Below, in pieces: positions 1-12,475 of a DNA stretch of 64,000 bases. A program made the position numbers and the translations under genes. This DNA comes from Octopus sinensis. Taxonomy: Eukaryota. The DNA is taken from contig NC_043004.1 in the NCBI RefSeq assembly GCF_006345805.1, forward strand, positions 61,814,001 to 61,878,000, in the 5' to 3' direction. The notes below the pieces were generated by a model. The model was given only the letters and a program-made list of their open reading frames with translations. It ran no database searches and was not told the origin of the DNA. Position 1 is the first letter of the stretch. Every line of letters starts with the position of its first letter.

Positions 1-255
1 AGACAAGAACGCAAAACATCCAGACAATTAGATGATAAAAAAAGGAGATGAAAAATCAAGGACGTGTCATTCGGAGTTTTCTTTCCTCATTCGAGTCCCA
101 TGTTGCAATTTCGGCTCGTTATACTTGAGAAGGAAAATCTAAACTATGTGCACCAGATTCCATGAAAGCAGCGAATTTATACGAAAACAAGGACGCAAAA
201 AACGGAGAAATGGAGCCAACTCTACTGAGGAAAGATAATTCCGAGTGAACCGTCT
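1..255. repeat. Dispersed repeat fragment, related to 39440-39600
   Basis: CAAGAACGCAAAACAT.CAGACA.TTAG...TTCG.AGTTTTCTTTCCTCA.TCGAG...TTGCAATTTCGGCT is shared with 39450-39595. Confidence 0.6.
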
Positions 256-372
256 TTGTTTCTTCTTGTCCCTCTTTTAGCAACATCTAACTGTCTGCAT
301 GTTTTGCGTTATTGTCCCATTTTTGTATTCCCTTTTATATACATATGGCCGTGTACGTTCACTTTGGTCTCA

Positions 373-406
<34 letters not shown>

Positions 407-851
407 CATTTGAATATATATGCCTATATTCACAGGCAGATGCATTCGCAAACACATATACATATGCAGACATTTCGTTAACCTTAACGATCAGGGAATG
501 TTTAACCCAACCTGAATTCCGACCAAAAATGAGCAATCCAATGTGCAATACAAGGGTTATTGGGGTGAATAGTATTTCAGTAGATGGAGGATATCATTGC
601 AACTTGAGATATATCCCACCTGCGATATCGGTATTGTTTTTCTTAAGATATTTCATTTACACACACACACAAACGCACACACACACACACACGTATCAAG
701 AAAAATATCTAAAACTTTACACATGTATTCATACAGACACACATATATTCATCTATCCATTCATTCATACATGCATACATATATATATCTACCTATCAAA
801 CCATACATACATATACATACATACACACACACAAATATATATATATATATA

Positions 852-3002
852 ATATATGAAAAAACAAGTCAAAAATAGAAAATGCTAAAATAATTTTATA
901 GTGACATTTCAGTACCGGTTTCGGTCATTTTGAGACCTTTTCAACTGTAACGATTAAATATTAAATTTAGAAAATTAGAAGAAAAGATTTTTTAAAGAAT
1001 ATTTCTATAGTAGTGTTCAGATTTAAGTGGCATTCTGGCTTTTCTCTGACTCCCTTGTTTGCACTTGTGTGTCGGAGGTCGTTGTGAGTTCTTGGAAGGG
1101 TAGTAGAGGAGAAGGCTGGTGGGGAAAGGGGATGGGAGAATCTGGGAGTGCCCTGATGGTCGTATTTTGAATGGTCAGTGGCGGCTGGCAGTCTCAGTTC
1201 AATTCAGGAACTATTATATTGACAGGCTTGTTTATTGAATTAGCGTAGGTGTTATACTAAAAAACATTAGTGGCAAAGTTAAGGGGTAGGGGTTGAGAAG
1301 TAGAAGAAGAGAAGAAGAAGAAGAAGAAGAAGAAGAAGAAGGAGAAGAAGATGACGATGATGGTGATGATGGTGGTGATGATGATGACGACGATGATGAT
1401 GTATAATGATGATGATGGAAGAAGAGGAAGAAGAAGAAGAAGAAAAAACAGAGAAGGGGGAATATAAATGGGTGTAAGTATAAGCTATGAAGGGCTGATT
1501 AGTAATGGATTCTATGGAGTGTAATATTTGTGTGTGTATATATATTTTTTTCTTTTATCTAAAGTTGAGGTATATTAATTGTTTGTCGTAGACCCGTTTA
1601 GAGAAGTGGCTTGTTTTTGTAATAAAGAGATTTTCTTTACTTATTCGTTGTCTCGAGGTTGTATCGTCCCTAAATTGGTAGAGGGGGAAAATTCTGAAGT
1701 TTGGTGTTTTTTTTGTTGGCGCAAGTATCTATGTGTTGGCTAAAAACTATTTTTCTGTTTTGGGGAATTTTTATCTGGGATCTGTGCAGGGCCATTCGTT
1801 TACGCAAACCATTTTTTGTTTGGCCTATGTACTGCTCTTGACACCCGGAGCAGGTTAGTGAGTATATAGGTTCTCCGAAGCACATGTGAAGTTGCTTTTC
1901 ACTGTTAAACCGTTGTCCCTGCTTGAAGGAGACTCTGATCCCTCAATTAGATAGTCGCATATCCCGCAATTAGGTCTTCCACATTTTTTTACTGTCGGCT
2001 TCTGTGTTGCGGAGTGAATTCGGGCTTGTGTAAGGAGACTTTTCATGGATCTAGGCTGTCTTTTGCTTTTTATGATCGTGTGTGTTTGGAGGATTGTGTT
2101 CATTCTGTGGTCTTTTTTTAGGAGGGGTATGTTGTGGAGGATGGTGTCGAAGGCTTCGTTATTGAAGAGGGTTGTTGTGTGGAGATGTATGGTAAGGCTT
2201 TTGGTTGTAAGTTTTTCTTTGATTTGGGATGTCTCAGTTCCTTGATGTTAAGTTGAAGGGCACGTTGAATGCACTTGTCAATAAGTGAAGGTGGATAGTT
2301 CCTGTTGATTAGGGTATCTTTTAGTTCTTGTAGTCGTGTGTCTCTGGTGTTTGCGTTAGAGACTATAGTGCATATCCTTTTTGCTAGATTGAAGGGGATA
2401 TTCATCCTGGTGTTCTGGGTGGCATGAATTGAATGGAAGATATTGCTTAGAGTCTGTAGGCTTATAGTATATGTCTGTTTCTATTATATTATTAGCTTTC
2501 TTAATGAGGATATCGAGGAAGGTAGTTGTTGTTGGCTATATTCCATCGTGAATTGGATGTTTACGTCCAGTCCGTTTAAAATTTCCTGGAATTCTATGAG
2601 TTTTTCTATATTTTTATGCCAAAGGATGAAACAGTCATCTAGATATCTCTTCCAGTTGTTTTTATGTAGATGGAGAAAGGGCTGCCATATCTTTCTAGAA
2701 CCTTACGATACAGACTGATCTCTAGGTATCCTATGACTAGGTTGGCAAAGGAGGGGGCCATTCGTGTACCCATCGCAGTCCCCGATTTTTGTCGGTAGAA
2801 GTTGTCATTGAAGGCGAAGAAGTTATTTTCCAGGATGAATTTGACCCCTTCTATCACAAATTTCTTTTTTGATGCGGTGTGGTAGTTCGTTGGCGGATCT
2901 CTAGCCAGAATTGGATTGCCTCTAGTCCTAGGTTGTGGGGAATATTGAGTAGAGGTTGACTACATCGAAGGTACCAGTATGGTGTTTTTGTTTATAGTAT
3001 TT
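852..3002 (-). mobile_element. Penelope-like element 1, inverted arm (RT C-terminal part, GIY-YIG endonuclease, 3' UTR)
   Basis: Reverse complement of 3086-5327. Minus-strand ORF fragments read QKSGTAMGTRMAPSFANL, NIPFNLAKRICTIVS, KCGRPNCGIC and YSLTCSGCQEQYIGQT. Flanked by (TA)n at about 834-851. Confidence 0.92.
905..952 (-). ncRNA. Minimal type I hammerhead ribozyme motif (U3-A8 variant), mirror of 5226-5273
   Basis: Minus strand reads CAG-TTGAAAA-GGTC-TCAAAAT-GACC-GAAA-CCGG-TA-CTG. Confidence 0.7.
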
Positions 3003-3029
3003 TTGTTTATAGTTCGCCAACGAACTACC

Positions 3030-5355
3030 TCAAACATGTCAAAAGCTATATAAGGGACGACTTAGATATGCTCAATCACCTACCGAATACTATCAACAAA
3101 AACCCATACTGGTATCCTTCGATGTAGTCAACCTCTACTCCAATATCCCCCACACCTAGGACTAGAGGCAATCCAATTCTGGCTAGAGAATCACGCCAAC
3201 GAACTACCACACCGCATCAAAAAAGAATTTGTGATAGAAGGGGTCAAATTCATCCTGGAAAATAACTTCTTCGCCTTCAATGACAACTTCTACCGACAAA
3301 AATCGGGGACTGCGATGGGTACACGAATGGCCCCCTCCTTTGCCAACCTAGTCATAGGATACCTAGAGATCAGTCTGTATCGTAAGGTTCTAGAAAGATA
3401 TGGCAGCCCTTTCTCCATCTACATAGAAAACAACTGGAAGAGATATCTAGATGACTGTTCATCCTTTGGCATAAATATAGAAAAACTCATAGAATTCCAG
3501 AAAATTTTAAACGGACTGGACGTAAACATCCAATTCACGATGGAATATAGCCAACAACAACTCCCCTTCCTTCGATATCCTCATTAAGAAAGCTAATAAT
3601 ATAATAAACAGACATATACTATAAGCCTACAGACTCTAAGCAATATCTTCCATTTCAATTCATGCCACCCAGACACACCAGGATGAATATCCCCTTCAAT
3701 CTAGCAAAAAGGATATGCACTATAGTCTCTAACGCAAACACCAGACACACGACTACAAGAACTAAAAGATACCCTAATCACCAGGAACTATCCACCTTCA
3801 CTTATGACAAGTGCATTCAACGTGCCCTTCAACTTAACATCAAGGAACTGAGACATCCCAAATCAAAGAAAACTTACAACCAAAAGCCTTACCATACATC
3901 TCCACACACAACCCTCTCAATAACGAAGCCTTCGACACCATCCTCCACAACATACCCCTCCTAAAAAAAGACCACAGAATGAACACAATCCTCCAAACAC
4001 ACACGATCATAAAAAGCAAAAGACAGCCTAGATCCATGAAAAGTCTCCTTACACAAGCCCGAATTCACTCCTCAACACAGAAGCCGACAGTAAAAAAATG
4101 TGGAAGACCTAATTGCGGGATATGCGACTATCTATTGAGGGATCAGAGTTCTCCTTCAAGCAGGGACAACGGTTTACAGTGAAAAGCAACTTCACTGTGC
4201 TTCGGAGAACCTAAATAATCACTAACCTGCTCCGGGTGTCAAGAGCAGTACATAGGCCAAACAAAAATGGTTTGCGTAAACGAATGGCCCTGCACAGATC
4301 CCAGATAAAATTCCCCAAAACGAAAAATAGCTTTTAGCCACCACATATTACTTGCGCCAACAAAAAAACACCAACTTCAGAATTTTCCCCCTCTACCAAT
4401 TTAGGGACGATACAACCTCGAGACAACGAATAAGTAAAGAAAATCTCTTTATTACAAAATACAAGCCACTTCTAAACGGGTCTACGACAAACATTAATAT
4501 ACCTCAACTTTAGAATAAAAGAAAAAATATATATATACACACACAAATATTACACTCCATAGAATCCATTACTAATCAGCCCCTTCATAGCTATACTTAC
4601 ACCCATTCATATTCCCCCTTCTCTGTTTTTTTCTTCTTCTTCTTCTTCCTCTTCTTCTCATCATCATCATTATCATCATCATCGTCGTCATCATCATCAC
4701 CACCACATCATCACCACCATCTTCTCCTTCTCCTCCTTCTTCTCTTCTTCTTCTTCTTCTTCATCATCATCATTATCATCATCATCGTCGTCATAATCAT
4801 CACCACCACCACCACCATCATCGTCATCTTCTCCTTCTCCTTCTTCTCTTCTTCTTCTTCTTCTCTTCTTCTACTTCTTCCACCCCCTACCCCTTAACTT
4901 TGTCACTAATGTTTTTTAGTAAACCTACGCTAATTCTATAAAACAAGCCTGTCAATATAAATATTCTCCTGAATTGAACTGAGACTGCCAGCCGCCACTG
5001 ACCATTCAAAATACGACCATCAGGGCACTCCCAGATTCTCCCATCCCCTTTCCCCACCAGCCTTCTTCCTCTACTACCCTTCCAAGAACTCACAACGACC
5101 TCCGACACACAAGTGCAAACAAGGGAGTCAGAGAAAGGCAGAATGCCACTTAAATCTGAACACTACTATAGAAATATTCTTTTAAAAAAACTTTTCTTCT
5201 AATTTTTCTAAATTTAATTATTAATCGTTACAGTTGAAAAGGTCTCAAAATGACCGAAACCGGTACTGAAATGTTCACTATAAAATTATTTTAGCATTTT
5301 CTATTTTTGACTTGTTTTTTCATATATATCAACTCGTGTGTTCCTTTTCACCCTT

Positions 5356-5359
<4 letters not shown>
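3030..5359 (+). mobile_element. Penelope-like element 1, sense copy, 5'-truncated (RT, GIY-YIG, 3' UTR/pLTR, tail)
   Basis: RT motifs SFDVVNLYSNIP, QKSGTAMG and RYLDD, thumb NIPFNLAKRIC, linker CGRPNCGIC, and a YIGQT endonuclease motif. Frameshifted. Ends in (TA)n at 5358-5425. Confidence 0.92.
5226..5273 (+). ncRNA. Minimal type I hammerhead ribozyme motif (U3-A8 variant) in the PLE1 3' region
   Basis: Stem I CAG(5231-33)/CTG(5266-68), extendable past an A.A mismatch. Core TTGAAAA. Stem II GGTC/GACC. GAAA. Palindromic helix III ACCGGT. GUA cleavage triplet ending at 5265. Confidence 0.72.
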
Positions 5360-5425
<66 letters not shown>

Positions 5426-5432
<7 letters not shown>

Positions 5433-6330
5433 TAAAAAAGGAAAAGGCACACTTACATAGTTTTAATATAAGTTTTAATATATCGACCGGTTTCGCTATC
5501 GCTATCATGATATTGTGTCTTCCTTGTTTGAACATGTATTTTTTCTTAAGAAGAAATTTTGTCCATGTTGTGTGTGATGAAATTCCCGAGTGAATGACTT
5601 CACAAGTAGGTAAATAAGGGGAGGTAATTGGTTGTCGTTATTATTGTAATTGTTCTGGGGTAAGGGAGATAACTGTTCAGCTTTCGGTCACGGGAGGAGA
5701 ATATATATCTGTACAGACAAAGACAAGTTTCTAAATCCTTGTTTAGTGAGGGGATTTATGTACAGTGATGTAATCGGGAATTGAAATATGTAAAAAGATA
5801 TTGTTGGTTATATCTGCATATTAAGACGTGTTCTGTATTTTTCAACGAAAAAAGTTTCTTTATTTAAACGTTCTAGTTGACAGATTGTGCCTTTGTACTG
5901 GTAGAAGGGAAAGACTGTGAAATTTGATTTGATGTTATCTGCACATTTTTCTATATGTTCACTGATAGGAATTTGCGTGTACTGTGGGAAACGGATTTGC
6001 CCTTTATGTAGAGTGGTTCTCTTTCTAAGGTCATACTCGTTTGTCCAAGATAGTTGTGTCCGCAACCCGAGCAGGTTGTTATATAATTTAGGTTCTCAAA
6101 GGCACAAGTGAAACTAATTTTAATTGTGAACCATTCCTTGCTTGGAAAGGAGATCCAAGCCTTCAAGCAGGTTGGGGCAGGTTCCACAGTTTGGGCGTCC
6201 ACATTTTTCAACCGTTGGTTTCTTGGTTGTTTTGTAAAGCTTCGCATTTGTTAGTTGTCTCTTTAGCGATTTGTCTTGTCTTCTGGTGTTAGTTTTGTCG
6301 TTCTGTACTGATACTAAAGGTAATAATTGA
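5426..6330 (-). mobile_element. Penelope-like element, 3' fragment (GIY-YIG plus 3' UTR), diverged relative of PLE1
   Basis: KPTVEKCGRPNCGTC, NYITTCSGCGHNYLGQT, LHKGQIRFPQY and RLNKETFFVEKY across frameshifted minus-strand ORFs. Confidence 0.85.
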
Positions 6331-7985
6331 AGGGAATATTTTAGTAGCAGTAATAAAGTGATTAACGTAAAAACACGCACAGAACCCCACACACATACAT
6401 ATATATAGATATATAGATTGTTAGAGATATATAGATAGATAAAGAGTGAGAGACGGAGGGATGGAGGGATACAGAGAGAGATGTAAAGGTGTGTCTGAGC
6501 TCTCTGTGCGAATATCGTTCTCTAGTAAGTATATTTCCCTTCTTTGAGATTTACATACAGCTGCGCCTACATTGAACATGTCTTCCTGCTGCGGGTTTAC
6601 GTTACAATTATGAATAGATTTTGAAATATAGCAAAAGTTCTGAATTGGTCTTTTTTGAGACGTGTTTAGAAGAAAGTATAAGAAATGGAATAGCATATTG
6701 AGAAAATGAACATCACGTCTATAAAAAAGTAGTTGGTCAGCGCGCAGAATTTGTAAGGGGCACTTTCTTAAATTCTCCGTAATTCAAACATGCATGGGGA
6801 AAACATCAGACTATGGTTGGTGGAGAGGTCGTGCTGAGGCCTTTGTCTAGCGGCAGATTTAACATGTACAAGGATAATATAATTATAGTACATGAGATAA
6901 TGCAAAGTTTCTGAGATAGTTAATTGTAAAAGCAGATTATTTTTGTTAATGAAATAAAATGAAAATAACTGTAATTCTTTATTGTATAATTTTGCTCATG
7001 CAACATCGGAGGTGAGATTTGATCTCAATTTACTTTGAGCAATTACCGACTTGTAATCTCCTTTTAATGGTCAAATACATTCCAAACATGGCAATTCAGG
7101 ACTATATCCAGTGCTATATTATCTAATGCCTTATATTTTAATAAGAGTAACTAGTCATACGAGAAGGTTCGACTTCTCATTCGCAGAGGATTGAGGGGCT
7201 TCATATTAGACTATATTCTGCATGTTCAACCTTTATTTATTTATATATCAATTGTAAATATATCTACATATATATACATGGAAAAAACATTGCACCTTCA
7301 AATACATACCATCTAGCTTGATCTACTTAAAATCCATCATAAATTGTAGAGAGATATATTACGAATAACCGAAAGTCAAAAATCCTAATCATTTTGTCAC
7401 TATCAGATTTCAGATTAATATCGTTCGCCATCATATGGTTTTGAGTAATCTTTAACAATATCAATAAAAAAAGAAGCAAATGTAAGAATGAAAAAATCAT
7501 TTAACATCACTATTATATATAATAGTCACTCCACATAAATGATTATGGACAAAACGTTCGATATTAATAGTTTGAATTCCAATTAAACAACACAATGGAG
7601 AATCAGAAATCAAATACTATGACTGCTTCCTTAGAGGAAGTGTAAACACGTTCAATATATTAATTCAAGAAGGAAGGGCAACTTTGTTTTGTATTCTAAT
7701 AAAATAGAAGAAAAACAATATGATTTACGTAGTAAAAAAAATCCTCATACTGTTGGTGTTAATTGAAGTTACATTATCAAAATATTTACAGTTTTAAACA
7801 AAACCTATTCGGCTCTATTGTAACTAACAATATACTTAACTTTTATAAAAAGACAAAAGCGTAGACACATATACACACAATCACGGTCTGACTGACTTCC
7901 TGTGTCTTTAATACTTTTACATACAAACACACATCTATACATGTATATCTCCCTCTCTGGATGTATATATATATATATATATATA

Positions 7986-8019
<34 letters not shown>

Positions 8020-8219
8020 ATGTATATATATGTATATATGTATATGTATATGTATATTTATGTATATGTATATGTATATGTATGTATATGTATAATATAT
8101 GTATATATGTATATGTATATATATATGTGATTGTATATATACACACACACACTTATATTATATATATATATATAAATACATACACATATATATGCATATA
8201 TATATCTATATATTATATA

Positions 8220-8267
<48 letters not shown>

Positions 8268-9185
8268 ACACACAAGCATACGTACGTCTTATATTTATGT
8301 ATATGTAAGTATACATGTACATATGCCTGTGCTTATGTGCGTGTCTTAAGACAAAAGCGTATTCATTCAATTATTCGTTATAAGTGTAAACATTTATATT
8401 TTAACTTTGTTTTGAATGGGAAATTACAAATAACATACTATGAATGTAAGGATGGCCATCTACACTATATTCTTATCTGCAGTGTTAAGTTTTCGAATAC
8501 TTCCATACGTACAACTTCTACCATTCCTAAACATTTGAATCTTCATATGATCTGGTCAACAGAGTTCAAGAATAATGACAACTCTCTGGCGGAATATTTA
8601 GAGCAGAGGAAGAAATGTCACGGGAAATATTTTGGAACTCTACCGCCAAAAATCACAGCCTCCACTCGGCTTTAAAATCACGATTTCCTTTTCATTTCTT
8701 CTGGCTGGATGAATAAAGGAAACGTAATACGTACAAAAAGGACACCACGTTGTTGTATTTGTTCACATTTGTTGCTTTATAAATATAAATACTAAGCTGG
8801 ATTACTTCTCACAGACTACCAAGTATGATATACATTCGGGCCAACTCTCCAAATTAAGGATTTCGCCATCCTTTCTATCCCGTGGGTCTGAAAATAGAAG
8901 TGGACAGTGCTACTCTTTTTGAATAAACTCAGCAATTCTGAGCCAAGTATAATTATTTTGCAAAATACTTCAAAAGGCAGATTTTTGTGAATCTGGATTA
9001 TGAATATACCATAGGACAAAAATGAAACATGCTTTATGCAAATTGATCACTTGTCAGGGAGCGAGAAATGTTTATATCAATTATGCATTAATTCTGAAAA
9101 GAAATCCGTCACTTTGATGAAAGGTAAATTGGTAAGGGATATAAATAATAGGGAAAGAGTGGTGTATTATTGAAAGAGAGAGGGA

Positions 9186-9223
<38 letters not shown>

Positions 9224-9656
9224 AAAGAAAGATAGTATAGTGAGGAAGAGAGTGTGTGCGCCTGTTTGTGTTAGTGTTGCAAGCTAGTGATTGTTTAACT
9301 TTTAGCTTATGATTATGACATTATTTCGGAAATGATATTTCCTCAGTGAAACACCAAACTTAATATCACTTATCACTTAGATAAGATGTCAGTCTAGAAA
9401 CACGGAGCATGATACAATCTTATTCAATGTATGACAATCACTACTCGACGTAATCCTAAAAATATTTCGTGTTCCAAACAACTATATAAATATAACAAAA
9501 ACACTTCAAGGGTGAATACTTTGAATTTATTTACTGTGAGGTGTAGTTTACTAACGACCCGACGATTTTGAATTCCTCACAAAAATGCAATAATATGGCT
9601 ATTAACATGGCTACAAACGGAGAGTGTATGCAATTTACACCACTGTATTAGACTCA

Positions 9657-9733
<77 letters not shown>

Positions 9734-10405
9734 ATATTAGCAAGCATGCGTCTAAAACCTGGGGGTTTCATTCAAAGCAGCAAATATGATGACTTTTGAT
9801 TCTTGGATAGGGCTGTGCTCATGCAGATTTCACTCAGCGCCCTGTTCCGCTCATCCCTCTTCTTTTCTTCATCCGTATTTTACACAATTTACAAGTTCTT
9901 GCACTAATCACATAACTCCGTCAATTCATTATAAATCTTCAACTTTCTGAAATTAACCATTTTAAATATAATTTTCTTAACTTTCAAAGTTTATAGACTT
10001 CAATCAATTCGTTCAAGCTTAGTAGTATAGTAGTCCGTGTGCATTCCACATTACCCTTGACAGCGTAAGGTAAAAACAAAGACAATAACCCGCCGTTCAA
10101 TTATTGCTCTCTGAGATATATTCAGCCATCACTTTTGATAAAGGATAGATCTAACGTCTTCCTTGATTTGGGGCTTTACAATATAAACAAAAAAAAACCC
10201 AACATATTTACTAGTATTTCTGCTGAAGTGTAATGAAGGAGATGCAGCTAACGTGATAGTAGATAATAAATTGGAGTGAAAAATGTTTCTCTACCAAAAG
10301 ACCTACAAACTTCCATTCCGCTTCCTCTCTCTCCTTCTCACCAGATGACTCATATGTATATACATACATACATACATAAATGTACATGCATACATACATA
10401 TACGT

Positions 10406-10448
<43 letters not shown>

Positions 10449-10599
10449 CACATATACAAAAATGCCTGGAATTTTGTCGGTTACCCCGACTTGGGTCCCA
10501 GTTTATTAGTGGCATTGGAATTTTTTTTGTTTTCCCCTTAATAATAGCTTTCTGAATACTTCTTCAAAGCCGGTTTAGCGGAGATTACTTTTCGTTAGA

Positions 10600-11120
10600 T
10601 ATTGGTTATCTATATTTCACAGAATTTCCTCCGTCTTGAATATTCTTTGGGGTCGAACTTTTCGTAATATTTCTTTGGTGTTGAAGAAGACTATCGAATT
10701 TATATAGACAAGTATTTTGCAAACACCAGACGTACCTGGTTTCACTCTTTCATCGTTATGTACACATATACTCTGCTGCTCGTCATTTTCCCATCCTTGA
10801 GTATACGGGCCATTCCGAATGATCGCGCTACTCTGTAGTCTCAGTTAACTTTTCTTTGGAACGTTCATTCTGTATATCTTTGTCAATCTTTCTTTCACCA
10901 GATTCTTCGACCGTATATTACAAATTTGTTCATGGTAATTGCATTAACACATTCGACACCTGTATGATTATTGACTGTGATACTAAACGCTCGACTATAC
11001 AATAAAACATTTTTTTTCTTCCACGTGTGAAAATCGAGAGTTGCTTTTGATGCATGACTTGTCTTTCCTTTGGATATATTTGCAGAACTTATTTGAAATG
11101 CAGAAACGAGTCTCAAGTAT
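10600..11120 (-). mobile_element. Possible highly decayed piggyBac-like transposase C-terminus
   Basis: TWKKKNVLLYSRAFSITVNN and a degenerate Cys-containing tail loosely resemble piggyBac motifs. Many stops. Confidence 0.25.
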
Positions 11121-11989
11121 TTGTCCTTTGGCAGAATAAAATTTTATTGTAAAGATATATTAAATATTTATTGAAAGTAGAAATGTTTGATATGTAATGT
11201 AGCATTTTATTTCGTTTACCATGAGTAAACCTAAGATCTAACATAACGTTGAGGTTTTAGGTTGCATAAAAATAAACTTCTTGGTGATTCCGATTCCCAT
11301 AAAATTAAAAATGTAAATGAATCCCTATCTCATGTGTTAAACCTCACCTACCTGTATATAGTCTAATGTCACCTCGAGTCAGGCCAATATAGTCTCTTGA
11401 TATTTTACTCTCTCAAATGAAATGCACTAACATCGAATATTAATTATATTAAAAGCCTGTTATTCATTCTAATCACTATCAACAGCTTCCCTGCAATTTT
11501 GTACATCATACTTCATGCATATAATATACATGTCAGACAACGAACCTTAAAATATTAGACCGATTCTAGGCATCTGTACCAGACTGATAACTCGCCCTTC
11601 CCAAATATAATATCATAATATACCCGCATCTTAAATCTAGTAAACTTTATCTTCGCACTATCTTTCATCAATTCTTGTATTTACTCCATTCACGTAACAT
11701 TTTTAATCAACAGGCGCCTAATTTCACACCAATTGTTTTCGTGTATTTCTTCTTATATATTTATGATATAATAATTTATATACCTATATTTACATACCGT
11801 GGTGGAGCTGTTCATTAATTCATACATACTTTAGCATTATTTATTTTTCGTTTACTATTACCATAACATCGGTTACTACATCTTGCGTATTTATTTACTT
11901 TCATTTCAGAATTCCTAAACACTTCCCTCACCTTCCTTGTTATTTACTGGAGTTGCAGTGAATGTGTTAGACCAAAGTTTTATTTATTA

Positions 11990-12190
11990 CAAAACATTTT
12001 CCTCTTCTATTTACTGTTAAATTCTATTGCACATTATTTACATTAGTTGCATTCGATGGATATTTGTCCTCATCTTGTTTGTTGTTGACACAACGTTTCG
12101 GCTCATATACCTTCCGGTCTTCTTCATGTGTCTTGGGGAAATTTCGAATCTGGTTTCTCATTTCTAAGGTATTTTTCGATGTTGTTTAAT
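11990..12190 (-). mobile_element. Short non-autonomous repeat carrying a decayed hammerhead (PLE pLTR-like)
   Basis: Minus strand 12131-12088 reads ACAC-aTGAAGA-A...GCC-GAAA-CGT-T-GTGT. Confidence 0.55.
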
Positions 12191-12243
12191 CCCTTTGTCT
12201 TTGTTTGTCCCTTCTATGTTTAGCCCCTAGTGTACAATAAAGA

Positions 12244-12275
<32 letters not shown>

Positions 12276-12420
12276 TTTTTTTTTTCTTCTTTCAAATTTT
12301 CTTCCAGTTCTTGCCGAGTGTCTTCCCGACTCCTAGGGCAAAAAGAAACTCATCGTGTATATTGGTAGGCCATTAAACCAAACTCAGTAGTTCGTTCATT
12401 TCTTTTTTTTTTTTTAAAGT
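12244..12420 (-). mobile_element. Short 3' end of an R4/Dong-like LINE with (TAA)n tail
   Basis: TTCAAATTTTCTTCC.GTT.CT.GC.GAGTGT.TTCC is shared with 12530-12580 and is adjacent to (TTA)n. Confidence 0.55.
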
Positions 12421-12437
12421 TAAATTAAAATACATGA

Positions 12438-12438
12438 C

Positions 12439-12475
<37 letters not shown>

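Noticed and set aside
61-255. CTGAGGAAAGA.AA.TCCGA motif (also about 39535-39570) as a hammerhead
   Set aside because: The hairpin follows CUGA directly, the downstream strand is GAAT/GAGT rather than GAAA, and no helix III or cleavage triplet can be built.
852-5327. Palindrome as a pure long-read fold-back artefact
   Set aside because: Disfavoured but not excluded: the asymmetric tail, TA flanks on both sides and the same layout at PLE2 match known PLE insertion structure.
8400-9020. Possible minus-strand exons with AG acceptors
   Set aside because: All tested splice phases hit stops, and no recognisable protein results.
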